NCBI GenBank assembly: GCA_964016885.1
Contig: OZ024743.1
Coordinates: 8,184,001 to 8,248,000, forward strand
Direction of reading: 5' to 3'
DNA: 64,000 nucleotides
From: Eledone cirrhosa
Lineage: Eukaryota
Shown here: positions 30,233-44,429 of the stretch, in pieces
Numbering within the stretch: the first letter of the stretch is position 1
Layout: each line of letters begins with the position of its first letter
Program-made: the position numbers and the translations under genes
Notes under the pieces: generated by a model
Databases searched by the model: none
Told to the model about the DNA's origin: nothing
The model's input: the letters and a program-made list of their open reading frames with translations, nothing else

Positions 30233-31072
30233 TTGATGGTTATAACCGAAGAGTTTACCTTGATCCTTGTCAATCTAATGGTTATAATCGAAGAGTTTAC
30301 CTTGATCCTTGTAGGTCTGATGGTTAAAACCGAACAGTTTACCTTGATCGTTGTCAGTCTAATGGTTATAATCGAAGAGTTTACTTTGATCTCTGTCAGT
30401 CTGATGATTATAACCGGAGAGTTTGACTTGATCCCTGTCAGTCTGATTATTATAACCGGAGAGTTTGAATTGATTCCTGTCAATCCGATTATTATAACCG
30501 GAGAGTTTGACTTGATCCCTGTCAGTCTGATTATTATAACCGGAGAGTTTGACTTGATCCCTGTCAGTCTGATTATTATAACCGGAGAGTTTGAATTGAT
30601 CCCTGTCAGTCTGATTATTATAACCGGAAAGTTTGAATTGATCTCTGTCAGTCTGATTATTATAACCAGAGAGTTTACCTTGATCTCTGTCAGTCTGATT
30701 ATTATAACCGGAGAGTTTACCTTGATCTCTGTCAGTCGGATTATTATAACCGGAGAGTTTACCTTGATCTCTGTCAGTCTGATTATTATAACCGGAGAGT
30801 TTACCTTGATCTCTGTCAGTCGGATTATTATAACCGGAGAGTTTACCTTGATCTCTGTCAGTCTGATTATTATAACCGGAGAGTTTACCTTGATCTCTGT
30901 CAGTCGGATTATTATAACCGGAGAGTTTACCTTGATCTCTGTCAATCTGATTATTATAACCGGAGAGTTTACCTTGATTCGTGTTATTTTGATTAATATA
31001 ATCGAAGAGTTTACCTTAATTCGTGACATTCTGATTATTATAATCGAAGAGTTTACCTTGATCTCTGTGAGT
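30233..31072. repeat. 42-bp minisatellite, about 20 copies
   Basis: Unit gattattataaccggagagtttaccttgatctctgtcagtct; edge copies are more diverged. Confidence 0.95.
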
Positions 31073-31457
31073 CCCAGATGTTTGTGGCTTGATCGTTATG
31101 TACTGTAGCTACATCTTATCCGTTTGACCTCCAAGTGTGTTTTAATGTATTATCTTATTTCCAGCATTAAGTTTTTTTTTTTACGTTTCTCTAATTCTTC
31201 CGTAGTACACTTTTCTCATCTTCTCTTTCATTTATGTGTGCCTTATCTTATCAGTTTCATCTATTACTAACTATTTTATAGCTGTTTCTGTTCTAATACT
31301 CTGATTTTAGTGTCTCAATTCAATTTAATGTTCTAGCTTTAGTTAATTTGCTTCATCTTAGAGTGGCTTTGTCATATCGGTTAAGTCTGACGCTCATTTT
31401 TATATCTCGGCTGAATTCTTGAGCAATTTTAGTACGTTCTCATCTGGGTAATGCCGC

Positions 31458-31541
31458 TTGTTAACAGTGATAAATATATTGTTAACAGTGATCAATATAT
31501 TGTTAACAGTGATAAATATATTGTTAACAGTGATCAATATA
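31458..31541. repeat. 21-bp tandem repeat, 4 copies
   Basis: ttgttaacagtgat(a/c)aatata, with alternating variants. Confidence 0.9.
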
Positions 31542-32049
31542 GAGTTGTTTATAATTTTCCCGTAGCATTGGAAACAAAAAGAAAAAAAAAGGGAGGAAAA
31601 CGTTTTTCTTGGTGTCTGAGATTTTAGACCTGATTCTGAATATTTTCAGATCACTGATTCAGAAAATACAACCAGTTTTGCTCTAGCGGCTCTAGTTTTT
31701 CAGACATTGTATACATCATTACCTACTTTATTACCGTTCTGGAATGATATTATGAGTCGCTCGTAAATCTTCAACTAAAATGTGTTAATCTACTACACAA
31801 TGGTAACAGATACTGCTCAATCCTGATTGGTCAAGTAGTCGGTGAAGGTGAAGAACGCGGTCAGTCACTCTGTCCTAGAATATGAATTATACTGCGACCA
31901 TCAATAACTGATTTATGCGGATTCGAATATGGCGAATTTTCTCACGGGCCAATAGATTGTGTACACAAACTATCTATGATCTATATATATCTAGGATAGT
32001 AGAGCTAAATATGAATAGTGAAAAAAAAAGACATGCGCTTATAAGAGTC

Positions 32050-32310
32050 AATGGACAACCTCGTTTAATATGGTTGTGAAGGATTTACTTGGGATTTATA
32101 TACTTACCTTTTTTTGTTGAAAACATGGCTGTAAAATGAGCAGCACATTGCATTACCTCCAGAAAATCTCGGTGATCTAAGGGAGAAAGAAAGTGAGTAG
32201 TTTCTCCAATAACTAAGGGCTATGGAAGAACGGTAGTGTGTACGATGGGACTCTCATATGGTGGCAGATTACTGCTGGAGCATCCAACGTGAATGTCCAA
32301 GCACATCTCA
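32050..32310 (+). pseudogene. DNA transposase C-terminal relic (Chapaev3/CMC-like)
   Basis: GCKMS...PENLGDL.EKESE*FLQ*LRAMEER*..RWDSHMVADYCWSIQRE resembles the FPENLG..S.E.GERFHQD...ME.RY.GRW...M.ADYCW motif. Confidence 0.6.
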
Positions 32311-32559
32311 GAAATGTGGTTTATGTAAAATGTCACAATGAAAAGACGTTTTTTTTTGTCGTTCATGATTCAGCCCTGTTTGAATTTGATAAATAGTTTT
32401 CGTATCTTTTGCTTGCTTACTGTTAATACACTATTTTTGTTGACATTAACCATAGCTTTGTATTCAATTGGCAACAAACGTGATTGCTATGAAAATCACC
32501 TCATTATTTTCATTTGTCCAATAAGGACAGACAGTTTTCCTCTGTCTGGTACCTATGGT

Positions 32560-32870
32560 GAATGAAACAGGTTGTGACATTACTGAAAGGACTGAAAAGA
32601 GACAGATTTCTCTTCGGCCAAATCCTCAACAATTTTTCAAGTTTCATTTAAAAAGGAAGGGGAGAGTGCAAAGAGAAGTGCTACTCTTACAGTAAATTTG
32701 TTGAAAGATGAGTGGAAGTTACTGACATGGCTCGAATAAATGGACCCACTCTGAGCACGAACCTGTAGGCAGGGTGATGGTAGCTGAGAAAGTACATGAA
32801 TTGGTGGCTGGTCAAGGTGAATCAACTTTTGAAGAATTTACTTGATTGACCCTATAAAGCTGGGTACACA
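32560..32870 (+). mobile_element. Possible L1/Tx1-like LINE 3' relic
   Basis: FFKFHLKRKGRVQREVL and MARINGPTL in decayed frames. Confidence 0.4.
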
Positions 32871-33025
32871 TTTGTTGTTATTTTCATCATACAATGTATT
32901 TTTTACTTTATTTTTACACGCCACATGTAAACCCCTCCCCCACTCCATATTCATATTTTGTCCATGTACCGTTCTCATTATCTTTCTCCCCTCGTGGCAA
33001 ATAAAACAAATATTATTATTATTAT

Positions 33026-33245
33026 TGGATTGGCAGAATCGTTAGAGTGACGGAGAAAATGCTTTGTGGCATTTATTCCGGCTCTTTACATCCTGAGTTC
33101 AAATCCTGCCAAGGTCTACTTTGCCTTTCATCCTTTCGGAGCCGATAACATAAAGCAACAGTAATGCACTGGGGTCGATTTAATCGACTCTCTCCTCCCC
33201 CAAAATTGCTGGCCTTGTGCCTAAATAAGAAACCATTATTATTAT
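33026..33245 (+). mobile_element. Family A SINE
   Basis: ggattggcagaatcgttagag...gagttcaaatcc...gctggccttgtgcc, (ATT)n tail. Confidence 0.8.
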
Positions 33246-33399
33246 TTGAAACGTCCTTTGCCTTCTCTTTCTTTCCCAGATCATGCTGAGTGTCAACCTG
33301 GCATCAGAGGTAAAATTCGATAATGCACAGATTTTAAAATCAGTTGTCGTACGGATGATTCCACAAGGGCACAAACACCAGTAAATGTCTTTGCATGGT

Positions 33400-33875
33400 T
33401 TTTTAAATTGATAACGCTCTTCTCAGGACATAGTGCCTGGCAGCACTATTTTCTGTCTCCCCTACAAAGATGGCTTTCTAAGTATCTGGTCCAAATATTT
33501 TTCAATTCCCTTTTTTTTATCATTCCAAGCGTGTCGACTATCATTGGTATTGTACAGGCCTTAAGATGTTTTTTTCAATTGCAATTGATAGATCTTTATA
33601 CTTACTGAGCTTTCCGAACTCTTTCGATGAGAAGTTACGATTTGATGGAATGCTCATGTCAAATGAAGCATGTTTCTTTTTATTCTCTCAATTATATCAG
33701 AGCTGCTTGTCTTGATTGTTCATTCAGTATTCATAGGGAAACCCCATAAGATTGTGATGTACTCACCTCCTGGTACTGCATCTGGGTGATGGTTGTACAA
33801 TTTTCTCCCCGTTTTCAGACCATAAACCCAGCACACTACCCAGTGTAAGTATTATCCCACTCTATCATGCCTCGT
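33400..33875 (-). mobile_element. R4/Dong-like LINE 3' fragment (restriction-like endonuclease region)
   Basis: Minus strand: RHDRVG*YLHW, ITILWGFP, DMSIPS..N.S.KEF.KLSKYKDL, TIPMIV.TLGMIKK, LRRALS. Confidence 0.75.
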
Positions 33876-33899
33876 TTTATATTCCTTGCAGCCTGAAAC

Positions 33900-33960
33900 C
33901 ACTTTAATCGACTTTACCCTCACAACAAAAAATTGCTGGCCTTGTGCCTAAATCAGAAAG

Positions 33961-34009
<49 letters not shown>

Positions 34010-34449
34010 ATTGGATTGGCAGTATCGGTAGAGCGTCGGACATTTACATTCTGAGTTCAAATCCTGCCCGGGTTATCTTTGCCTTTCATCCTTATTGGGT
34101 CGATAAAATAAAGTACCAATCACGCAATGGGGTCGATTTAATCGGCTTTCCCCTCCCCCAAAATTGATGGCCTTGTGTCTATATAAGAAACCATCATTAT
34201 TATTATTAATAATAATAATAATAATATTGGATTGGCAGTGTCGGTAGAGCGTCGGAAAAGATGCTTTACAGCACAGAGCTACGGCCCTTTACTTTCTCAG
34301 TTCAAAATCTAGCGTGGTTAGCTTTTCCTGTTACCCTTACTGGTTCGATAAAATAATAAAGTACCAGTCACGCAATGGGGTCGATTTAATCGGCTTTCTC
34401 CTCCCCCAAAATTGCTGGCCATGTGCCTAAATCAGAAACCATTATTATT
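33900..34449 (+). mobile_element. Cluster of family A SINEs (one tail fragment plus two full copies) joined by (ATT)n
   Basis: Repeated consensus separated by ATT/AAT microsatellites. Confidence 0.8.
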
Positions 34450-34971
34450 ACACATTTTTAGGAATGCCCGTGGATAATAGAATCGGTAGAGTGCGTCACA
34501 CAGTCAGAAAAAATATTTTTTTCCAGACGGAATATAAATTAGTTTTTGCAAGTGAGGGATGTCAATGGTATCCTTCAAACGTATATAGTTATAGTCAAGT
34601 AAAGTATAAAAAGAAAGTTTTACCTTGAACTCATCTTTCGTCGTTGCTATAGTTCCTCCTTATACCCGCCTCTAAATTTGTAAGGCTTATATCTATCTCA
34701 CTGAAACAATTCGACAAATTGCATTACTGTTTAAGTTATCAAAGAAGTTTCCTGAAACGATGTCAGACTAAGCAACAAACATCGTTATCATAGCACTTTT
34801 ACTCAAGCATTAACCCCCCTTAAAGGGCTCTTACTTGAGAAATATTTTAAACCTTATATATTTTCTCAAGTAGTTACATGAATTCTGTTTGCGCCAACAC
34901 GACTTTTATCTACCTCAAGTAGTTTAGATAAGTAGTCTAATAACAACACATTTATAACTCCGTTCAAGAAC

Positions 34972-35068
<97 letters not shown>

Positions 35069-36349
35069 GTAAATATTAATTTGTCGGTTGATAATATGCG
35101 CTACATGTCACATAAAGATATTTCGGTGGTTTTTGCGATTTTTTCACAAGGTTATTTTCAGTATAATTAACCCAACATTAAAAAGATAAATACTGTCAAA
35201 TATTTGATATCGCTCTATAAGAAAGACATTAGCTTCTGAGATGTATACATACATATAAAACGATGGACTCTTTTTTTATTTTAAAACATCTTCAATAAAC
35301 ATTTAATAAACATATAATCCAGAGTGACACTCATCGCAACATAGATAACTTGTTATTTAGTTTTGTCGAATAATGAATTTATTTTTGTTTTCTTCACCAA
35401 AGTAAAGACTTATATTTGTCTACGAGTTGAGACATTTGGGACTTTCTCAAAAGCAACATAAACGAAACTTTCATTGGCAGGTCTATGTAACTGATAGCCT
35501 CTATTGTCGCGATGATGTAGGCAGTGAAGACTTACATTTTAGAGTAACAACATTGTGATGATGTAATGTCCATAACTTTCCAAAAGACTTCAATATTTTA
35601 GGTAGAATGAAGTGGGTTCAAGTGAAAATCAAAACAGCATTGCGATATAAACTAAACCGGAGTTCGTTGTGATCAGTGAGACAATAAAATAAGTTGTTGC
35701 TAGGGAGGTGAAATAATAGAAATGGTGAAAGGCTGGCATAAAATACCTTATGTTATGTGCATTATATTTTGCATTTAAATCACACATGGGAAACCATTTC
35801 CTCATACCCTTCAATAAAATACCAGTAATTTATTGGATTAATTCAATCGGTTATACCCATCATCTATAAATTTGGCAACATTAGTAATCAATATAGAATG
35901 TTACTTCCACTGCTTACAGGTTGTCTGAAAGATGGACGATTTGTATCTCAACATCGTTGCTACGCTATGTTATTAACACAGGCACTTAACATTCAATGGT
36001 TCAGATCACCTTACTATAAATAATCACCAATATATAATTACGGTCAACAACTGTCAATTTCTAAAATAGAGAAATGTTTTGTTGTTTTGCAGTGTATAGC
36101 TCAACTCCTTCCCTTAAAATTTCCACTGCTACCTCTAATCGTCTCTGAAATTCCCCAGTTATCAGCTGTTCAACCATCTCTTGTCTTGCATCGCCATTTT
36201 ATCATGCTCTGACGACATTTTCTTCGGTCACTTCATTGTCTACAACTTATCTAAGATATCGGACTCATCTCATACAATGCCAATGATGCTGGTGTATAAG
36301 CAATCTTGAACTCTCTGCAACAATTAGTATTACCACCTTTAATAACTAT

Positions 36350-36538
36350 AATTGTTTCTACTTTTGGCACAAGGCCAGCAATTATATCAGTGTATTACTG
36401 GTACTTTATTTTATCTACCCCGTAAGGATGAAAGGCAAAGTTAACCTCGGCGGGATTTCAACTCAGATCTTAAAGGCCCGTAACTCCATACTGCAAAGCA
36501 TGGCGCCCGACCCTCTAACGATACTGCCAATCCACCGC
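36350..36538 (-). mobile_element. Family A SINE
   Basis: Matches the family consensus. Confidence 0.8.
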
Positions 36539-36849
36539 TGCCCTAATAACTATATGTGAACAGTCTTTACACGTAGTAGGTTTCCACCTTTGATGTCTTG
36601 ATGTCCAATTTATATCAATCTATATATTCAGTGTAACATTTTCTTTCTTCATTCCATCTGCTTTTCCATCACATAGACATAAACACCAAATACGAACACT
36701 TATGATTTAATAAAAGCCACAATATTACCGTTTTTGATAATGTCCCTTTAATCCCACTGAAACAGTGTTCCCCAAAGTTAGCTACAATCCTCCCCTACTT
36801 TGTCAATCTTTTCTACACTAATATATGCTGATTTAAAACAAAATATAAC

Positions 36850-37320
36850 ACAGTATGTCCCAACATTAAAAGGCCAATCATTCTAATCCAGAAAACTATC
36901 AATCTATCTCTCTCATTTTCAACGTTTCAAAAATGTTGAAAATATTCATTAACAATCACATCCTCCGACAGCTTATTTACGCCTCCTCCGTGATCATTAC
37001 GCTCTGGCATATTTGACGAAAACAATGTCATTCCACTCAACATCATCAGCAAAGTACTTGATCATGTCTGAAAAGAAAATCTCATTAAACTTCCCGTCTA
37101 TGGACCCGTCCGTGTCTCACATTTTGGATCGGAAATTTCCTGTCTGATCTCACTATCGTGGCGTACGTTAACGAGAATCTCTCTAAGCCGCACTCTATGA
37201 CTATGTTCTACCTCAAGGTTCGTTTATGTCACCCACATTCTTCTTTTTATATATTGATGATATCGTTAGCATCGTTAACAACACACATTCTTATGCAGAT
37301 GATAACACTGCTCACTCCTT
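36850..37320 (+). mobile_element. CR1/L2-superfamily LINE RT relic
   Basis: SNPENY.SISL...SKML, WIGNFLSD, PQGSFMSPT.F.LYIDD and HSYADD, with frameshifts. Confidence 0.75.
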
Positions 37321-39369
37321 CGTAACATTCCACATACAGTCATGACATATACCCTGCCTAAGCACCCCGCGTCAATCCTGCATTCATGAAAGGAGGCCGT
37401 GAAAACATTTTCCAATGAAGACACAACAGTCTTAGCACTGGTTATCTCACTTAGAAATCTCACATTTATTTCATACCAAAACCACATCCAAAAGTCTACC
37501 ACGCTATAACTACTGCAATGGTCTGTCATTTTCGGGCCTAGCTAGTTACACTACACGTCTCTCTTCTTCTTGTCCCCACAAACAATTGTGTAAATCATTT
37601 CTTCTCGGCATTCTTGTCTACGTTGTTCTTGTAAATATTGAAGTACAGATGTTTCTATATCAATCTCGGAGAGCCTGTGAAGGTCATAGACACAGTCCCT
37701 TCGTATCTTAAAAATATGGAGAACTGTTCTTTCCTATCCAGGAGCAGAATTATCATGATGGATAAAGAAAAAATAATAAAGTTAGAAATTTCGACTCGTC
37801 TTCGCTTTTATACAAATAAAAATGGATTTGAAATTTACAACAGTAATTGTTTGCAAAACGAAATAGAATGTGAAATTTTTTTGGCATTTCTCAACGGAAA
37901 ATTCAGTTTGTTACAATTGTTGTTGTTTTCACATGTACCTAAAATGATATTTTGTGAGTATAAAACAACGGCAATTATAATATCAGAAACATTCCATGTA
38001 TTTACAATTAAACATGCATTATTGACTCTGAATTTCTCATGATCACACCAGCAGAGAGCAAAAGAAAAAATGTGCTTCTTTCCTTCTTCTCTATTTCTGC
38101 CTGTCTGTCTCTTTCTGTCTGTCTTTTATCCATCAACGCCCTCTCTTTCCCTCTCTCACTCTTTCTCTCTCATTCATTCGCCCTCCCCACTCTCTTCCTC
38201 CCTTCCTTTTATTCTACTCTTCAGTTCTTCCCGTTTCCCTCTTACCTATTATCTTGGTTTTATTTTTAATAACTGTAGCTGTAGATACAGCTAACACTTA
38301 TAGCTTACCATTGCTATTGGATTCATATATTTGCCGCTGGTGGTCCTGTTATTACTCTTACATTGATCAAATATGACATTGTTGAATGCCCTTTGCTAGC
38401 GGCCCAAAATAATTAGCCCTATATTGTTGTAAGTAACATCAATTGCAAAAGCAAAGTTAGCCGTCTAATAGGCGCCGCATAAATACATTTCCGTTCTAAA
38501 TTTAGTCCCTTTTTCCACATATCTGAAGTTGTAAGTTTCTATAATTCTTAATACATGTATATCTAGATGTTTATACTCATTTATACACATTTTCGTATAC
38601 AGCCAAATAGTTCCGTCATATGCTTATTAAGGGTGTGGGTTTCCATCTGTAAGTTTTTACGCTTGCCAACCTTCTGATATATTATGTACACCATTTTTTA
38701 ACCCAATAATAACTGATACTTGTAATAAGCTAATGATTTTCGCTCATTTTTTTATTTTTTATTTGCCATGTGGGCGAATTAGGAAAAAGCCCACGGGCTG
38801 TGAAAGATGAAGTAGATAAAAAAGAAGTTTAATACAAGCCAATAAGCATGCTGTTTTGTCATTTATCAGTTGTTTGCTGAAACAGAAACAAATTTAATTT
38901 GCTATTAGTTTGAGAAGAATTAGGTTATATTTAGTATATACATAAACTCTCTATGGCATAACGCAGCTTTAACTTTAAACAAACAACATAACGTTTATTT
39001 ATCCTTCTTGATGTCATCAGATTGGGAAATATTTTTACTCATATGAAGACTGAATCAACTTAATGTATATTATTTTAAGAACGACGGACATAAAACAGCA
39101 TTCTAGGAGAAGAACCCTTTGTTTTGTAAGAACATTTAATATAAAGTCTCTTTTAAGACAATATATTACATATTAAAATGTAGGTTCATTAGACATATTT
39201 TTTGGTTTTTAAACGAATAGTCAATCTTAAAAAAAAGAATCGCTTCCAACGAGTTAAAAACGTTGAAGAAGCTGTATCGGGAAAAGATTGATTTAGCCAT
39301 TCGAACCGAATCATAAAGTCATTTAAACTGGAATAAAAGACTAAAGAACAGAATTTGCAAGCAAAATAA

Positions 39370-39527
39370 CGGTTTCTGATTTAGGCACAAGACCAAAACT
39401 TTTGGGGAGGAGAAAGTCGATTAAATCAACTCCAGTGTGTTACTGGTATTTTATTTTATCAACCACGTAAAGATGAAAAGCACGATTAACATGGTAGCAT
39501 CCGAACTAAGAACGTAATGGGCCGTAA
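39370..39527 (-). mobile_element. Family A SINE, diverged and partial
   Basis: Tail and central domain match. Confidence 0.6.
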
Positions 39528-40371
39528 TTATAATAAATAAATAAATTGTAACAAATAGATAAATAAACAAGATAATCATTTATTACAAAACACTGTCTGA
39601 AAAGGTAATCAAATGTTTGATATCTACATATTTGATAGCTGATATCTACATATAGAGTTGCACAATAATATTGTGCAACATAAATTGCTTCTCTCAAAGT
39701 TGATTAAAGTTGGCAAAAAGAGGAGTGTGTATTAGAGATTGTAACAATGGAAATAGAAATAAAACTAACAGACCAATAGTAGAAATATCAGAGTTAGTAA
39801 AATATGTTTTATTTCACTAGCTAGAAACATGACATGAACACTGTGTCACTTTCTGTAACTTAACTCATTTTTCCGAAACGAAAAGATGTATTGCTTTAAT
39901 TGACACCTCCGCCAAAAGAAAACAATACCTGGGTATGACGATATAACTATCGTTCTATCTATTTTCAAATATTTTTAATAACGATGTAATTTTGATAAAA
40001 TTTGTTTCAGTAGCGTAAAAATTTGCACAAGAATAGGAATTTATTAAATGAGTTTATTGAGATTTTAAAAAATCTGAAACAACTTTTAAAACATTTAGAT
40101 TCAACATTTACATTCAACCCACCCCGCCCCGCCCCCAAATATCTGAACCGAATTAAAATATCAAATTGCTCTTTCTCTTTAATAAACTGCCAACAGCTTG
40201 TTACGTTGCGGAAAAAATTGTTAGTTGAACCAGTAAGAAACTTTGAATATATATTTCTAACGTATTAACTTTCTTGCCCATTTTTAAAGCCTGGCAGGTC
40301 TGAATACAGTATTTTTTCCAGAGAAGGATAGAATGTAAGAGAATGGAAATGAAAAGAGATATACAGGAGGA

Positions 40372-40523
40372 ATCAACCCCAGTACTTGGCTGGTACTTTT
40401 TTATTGACCTCAAAAGAATGAAATGCAAATTGACCTCGGTGGGATTTGAACAGAGAGCAGAGAGCCGAATCAATACTACAAAGCATTCTATCCGACGTTC
40501 TAACCACTTTGCCAACAGACCGC
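40372..40523 (-). mobile_element. Family A SINE, diverged
   Basis: Head and central domain match. Confidence 0.6.
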
Positions 40524-40751
40524 CTTTATGGAACTTACTGAAAAATAAATGATACTGAAAGAAAAATGTCGTCATCTTCAGATCAACATTACAACTTCTG
40601 CTACCTCAGAATTAGAGAATCATGGAACTTCATTAATTTAAATTATGCTATAATATTTGTATTATTCAATGTTAGAAAAAGCTCATGTCCTACAGTTTTG
40701 TTTCAGCAGAAAAATGTTTTTTGTTTCCTAAAGTAGTAGTCGATTGCAAGT

Positions 40752-41060
40752 ATGGCCAAATGGTTAAGAAGTTCGTTTCACACTCATTAGACCCTCGGTT
40801 AAATCCCATTATGTAGCATCTTAAGCAAGTGACATTTAATCTAACCTTGACACGACTCATACCTGGTGAAAGAAATTAGGTAGATGGAAACCGTTTGGAA
40901 GCCCGTCGGATGGACTGTACTTATAATTCAAAAGGCCAGCCTTGTTACACACTGGATCTCCCTGAGAATTACGTTAATGGTACAGGTGTCTGTAGAATTC
41001 TCGATTATTTACATGATAATTTCACGAGCAAATTGTTCCCTGAATCGAACAACTGAAATA
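40752..41060 (+). mobile_element. Family B-like SINE, diverged
   Basis: tggccaaatggttaag head; atctccctgagaattacgttaa body. Confidence 0.55.
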
Positions 41061-41089
41061 TTCATTTAACAGAGATTCATTTCACGTGT

Positions 41090-41241
41090 AGGCGGTGAAA
41101 TGTTAGAACATTGGATAGAATGTTTTATGGTATTCATTCCGGCTCTCTGATCTCTGAGTTCAAATCCCTGCCGAGGTCAACTTTGCCTTTCATCCTTTCG
41201 AGGTCAATAGAAAAAGTACCAGTCTAGTACTCGGGTCGATT
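41090..41241 (+). mobile_element. Family A SINE, diverged
   Basis: gagttcaaatccctgccgaggtcaactttgcctttcatcctttcg. Confidence 0.65.
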
Positions 41242-41719
41242 CTACCTCTATATCTCTTTCTCATTTCCTCTCTCCCACTTTCTATCTTTCCCTGGAAGAA
41301 ATCTGCTGTACTCAGGCCTGGAGAGGGATGGGCTTCACCAGGCTTAAAACGCCCCAAGAAACGCCGTATGTTAATACCTCGCCCCTACCATTCTATCAGG
41401 AGTTACGGGACCATATATACATTCCACATGAGAACACTAAAGTCTAGACCGGAGATTAAAGCAGACAATTGTGTCACTGCTGAGCTTGTTGTTACAATAC
41501 ACTTTTGGTAACTATTGTATCAATGGTTGATTAAAATAAAAGCAAACAAAGTCTTAAAACTTGGACTTGCTGTAAGACATCAACCTTGCCACCATAAAAT
41601 ATATAATCCTTTGTTAGACTTGGCTCGTTATAGGTTCCGCTGAATGGTTACTTTACAAACAGTGGAAGGTAGTTTAGAAAAAGACATAATATATTTTAAG
41701 CGACAATAATATATCTGAT

Positions 41720-41940
41720 GTAACAAAGGGGCCACTATTTGGTTGCGTAGTTTGTTAGAAATAACAGCTAAATCTTCCTTATTTCGCAACTGCCATTTAG
41801 GAAAAAAAGATACATTAGGTAATGTGGTTATATTCACGCCAAGTTGAAAAAGAAGAAAACAGTGAATGATCACGGACGGAATTCCGTTTACTGCAGATCT
41901 GAACCAGAGCCAACTCGGGGTTTAACAACTACAACAACAA
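41720..41940 (+). mobile_element. Old SINE 3' part with (CAA)n tail (family C; relatives at about 28100-28320, 29110-29310 minus and 49380-49562)
   Basis: Shared tagaaata.cag..aaatct.c.t motif and aacaacaac tails. Confidence 0.5.
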
Positions 41941-42128
41941 TACCAAAAATAATATAGCTACTCTCAGAGATACCATTAAAAAGATCAAAAGACTTTAAAA
42001 AAGAGGAAGCACTAATGATCTTTCATCATCAAATCTTAGATAACATATTCAACTTTAGTGTAAATAATGATGTATATAAATTAAGAAATTATATGTAAAT
42101 AAGCAAAACGTATAAATAAGCGGAAAAA

Positions 42129-42266
<138 letters not shown>

Positions 42267-42466
42267 ATTCACAGTAAAATATACAGGTGTTTCTTTGTGC
42301 ATAAATCGATTGATAAGAAAAATTTCATTTCATTATTGCTCTCTAGGCAAATAGCGATGTGGAAAAATATTACACAGAATTTTTATTTAATAAAATATTC
42401 ATTGCTTTCATATTATCCCCCATCATATATTTCTATATATTTTTCGATTTCTTTCTTTCATTCTTC

Positions 42467-42541
<75 letters not shown>

Positions 42542-42570
42542 GCTTTCTGAACGTATGTATGCATTTGTGC

Positions 42571-42602
<32 letters not shown>

Positions 42603-42692
42603 GTTTGTGTGTCTGTCGATCTCTCTGTTGTCTCTGCGTTTCACTGCATGCATGTTAGTGCGAATACACACACACACACATATATATATATG

Positions 42693-42751
<59 letters not shown>

Positions 42752-43937
42752 CTTGCTAATAACCACATCTATCTATCTATCTATTTATTTCTATCTCTAT
42801 CTATCCATCTATCTATCTATTTATCTATCTATCGATCTATCTATTTATCGATCAATTGATCTATATATCTAACGATCTATCTACTATCTCTTTATCAATT
42901 TATCTGTCAATCATTGTATATCTGTTGATTTGATTGCCTCTCAGTTTATCTATCTACCTATATATATATATATATATATCTGTCAATCATTGTATATCTG
43001 TCTGTTTGTCTTCTTGTCAGTTTATCTATCTATATATCTATCCATCACTCTACCGATCTATCCACATAACAAAAATTAGCTTACTTACTTCAGTCACGCT
43101 CTCATTTGTTGTTTTACTTTTTTTCCTTCATGACGTCTCTTTATATTAATATCTCTATATAGAACTCTTATCTTGCCTCTTTTAAACATCAAAAGGATCA
43201 AAGTTAACATTATTTTTAGGCCATTTTATAAGATTATTTATTGAATCTTCACATTTTTTCTTTTTTTTTTTTGTTACTAGTTGCAAAGAGAGAGCAAAGG
43301 GGTCCAAGTAGTGCCAAGGAAAGTTGAAAAAGAAATTAGATAAGTATTCCTTTGATATGATTTTTTCCGATCAAATTAGACACAATAAATAAATAAATAA
43401 ATAAATAAATAAATTTGGCAAACATCATTTAATAACGTGAAATATTTGTGAAGATGGTATGTTTGATTTTAAAAATATTTTTTTTTATTCGCAAGATAAT
43501 GATGGGATTTTGCTAGAAGGGAATCTCATTTAAGTTTGATGGCAACTTTCAATAGATTACAAACACCACGAATATATATGAAGTGAGAGAGAGTGAGAGA
43601 GTGAGATAAGGAGAGATGCAGAGGGGTGAACACAACAGCTGTATGCACGTTACTATTGAATCATACTAACAGTGCATATTTAAACAGTTAAAACCTCACA
43701 ACACAAACAAAATCTCAGAAACTAGAAACTTTCGTATAAAATTCGATCACCTCGGAATATAAAAAAATAAAATAGATAATAAAGAGATAAAACGTTAACA
43801 AAATAGAATCTAGTAAATGTATATCTAAAATACCAGTGTATATATAATTTGTATATATTTTAAATACAAAATGCATCATTAATATTATATACACAAATAT
43901 ATATATACGTTTGTATGCAGGTGTGTGTGTTTGTGTT

Positions 43938-43972
<35 letters not shown>

Positions 43973-44380
43973 ATGTGGTGTAGTGTGTGTGTGTGTGTGT
44001 GTGCATACAGTGGGTCCGCAGCTTGGGTAAACTTAAATAGTAAGGTTTAAAACATACACAATCGGAAAATAATTTTAAAAGTTCCAAAAGTTAAAAAAAC
44101 TCTCAACGTCCTCTTTCTCGTGAAACCGTATCACTGAATGTAAGGGAGAAAACTTTAACCCCTATTACTATCATTCATTTCCTGAGTTTTCTCAACCGTC
44201 AGAGAATCTGCAGTTATGTCTCCTCCAAAACATCGATGTACATAGGCATTTTTATATAAGGGTCTTGAACTAACTGGCCACAAAAGATCCAGGCTGACTG
44301 AATGTATAATAAATAAACATGTCTCACCACAAATCTTTTAATATGTGATCATGTCACAGCCATCTCAGTAACCGTGTGAG

Positions 44381-44429
44381 AACGCCAGACGCTAAAATTT
44401 CAGAATCTTTATCCATCATCAGTGACGTT
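44381..44429 (-). ncRNA. Hammerhead ribozyme with partly decayed stem III
   Basis: Minus strand: aacgtca CTGATGA t gga-taaagat-tc t GAAA ttttagcg TC tggcgtt. Confidence 0.7.

Noticed and set aside
37638-38042. 134-aa ORF as a host exon
   Set aside because: AT-rich, no recognisable domain and no supportable splice context. Small host exons elsewhere cannot be excluded by eye.
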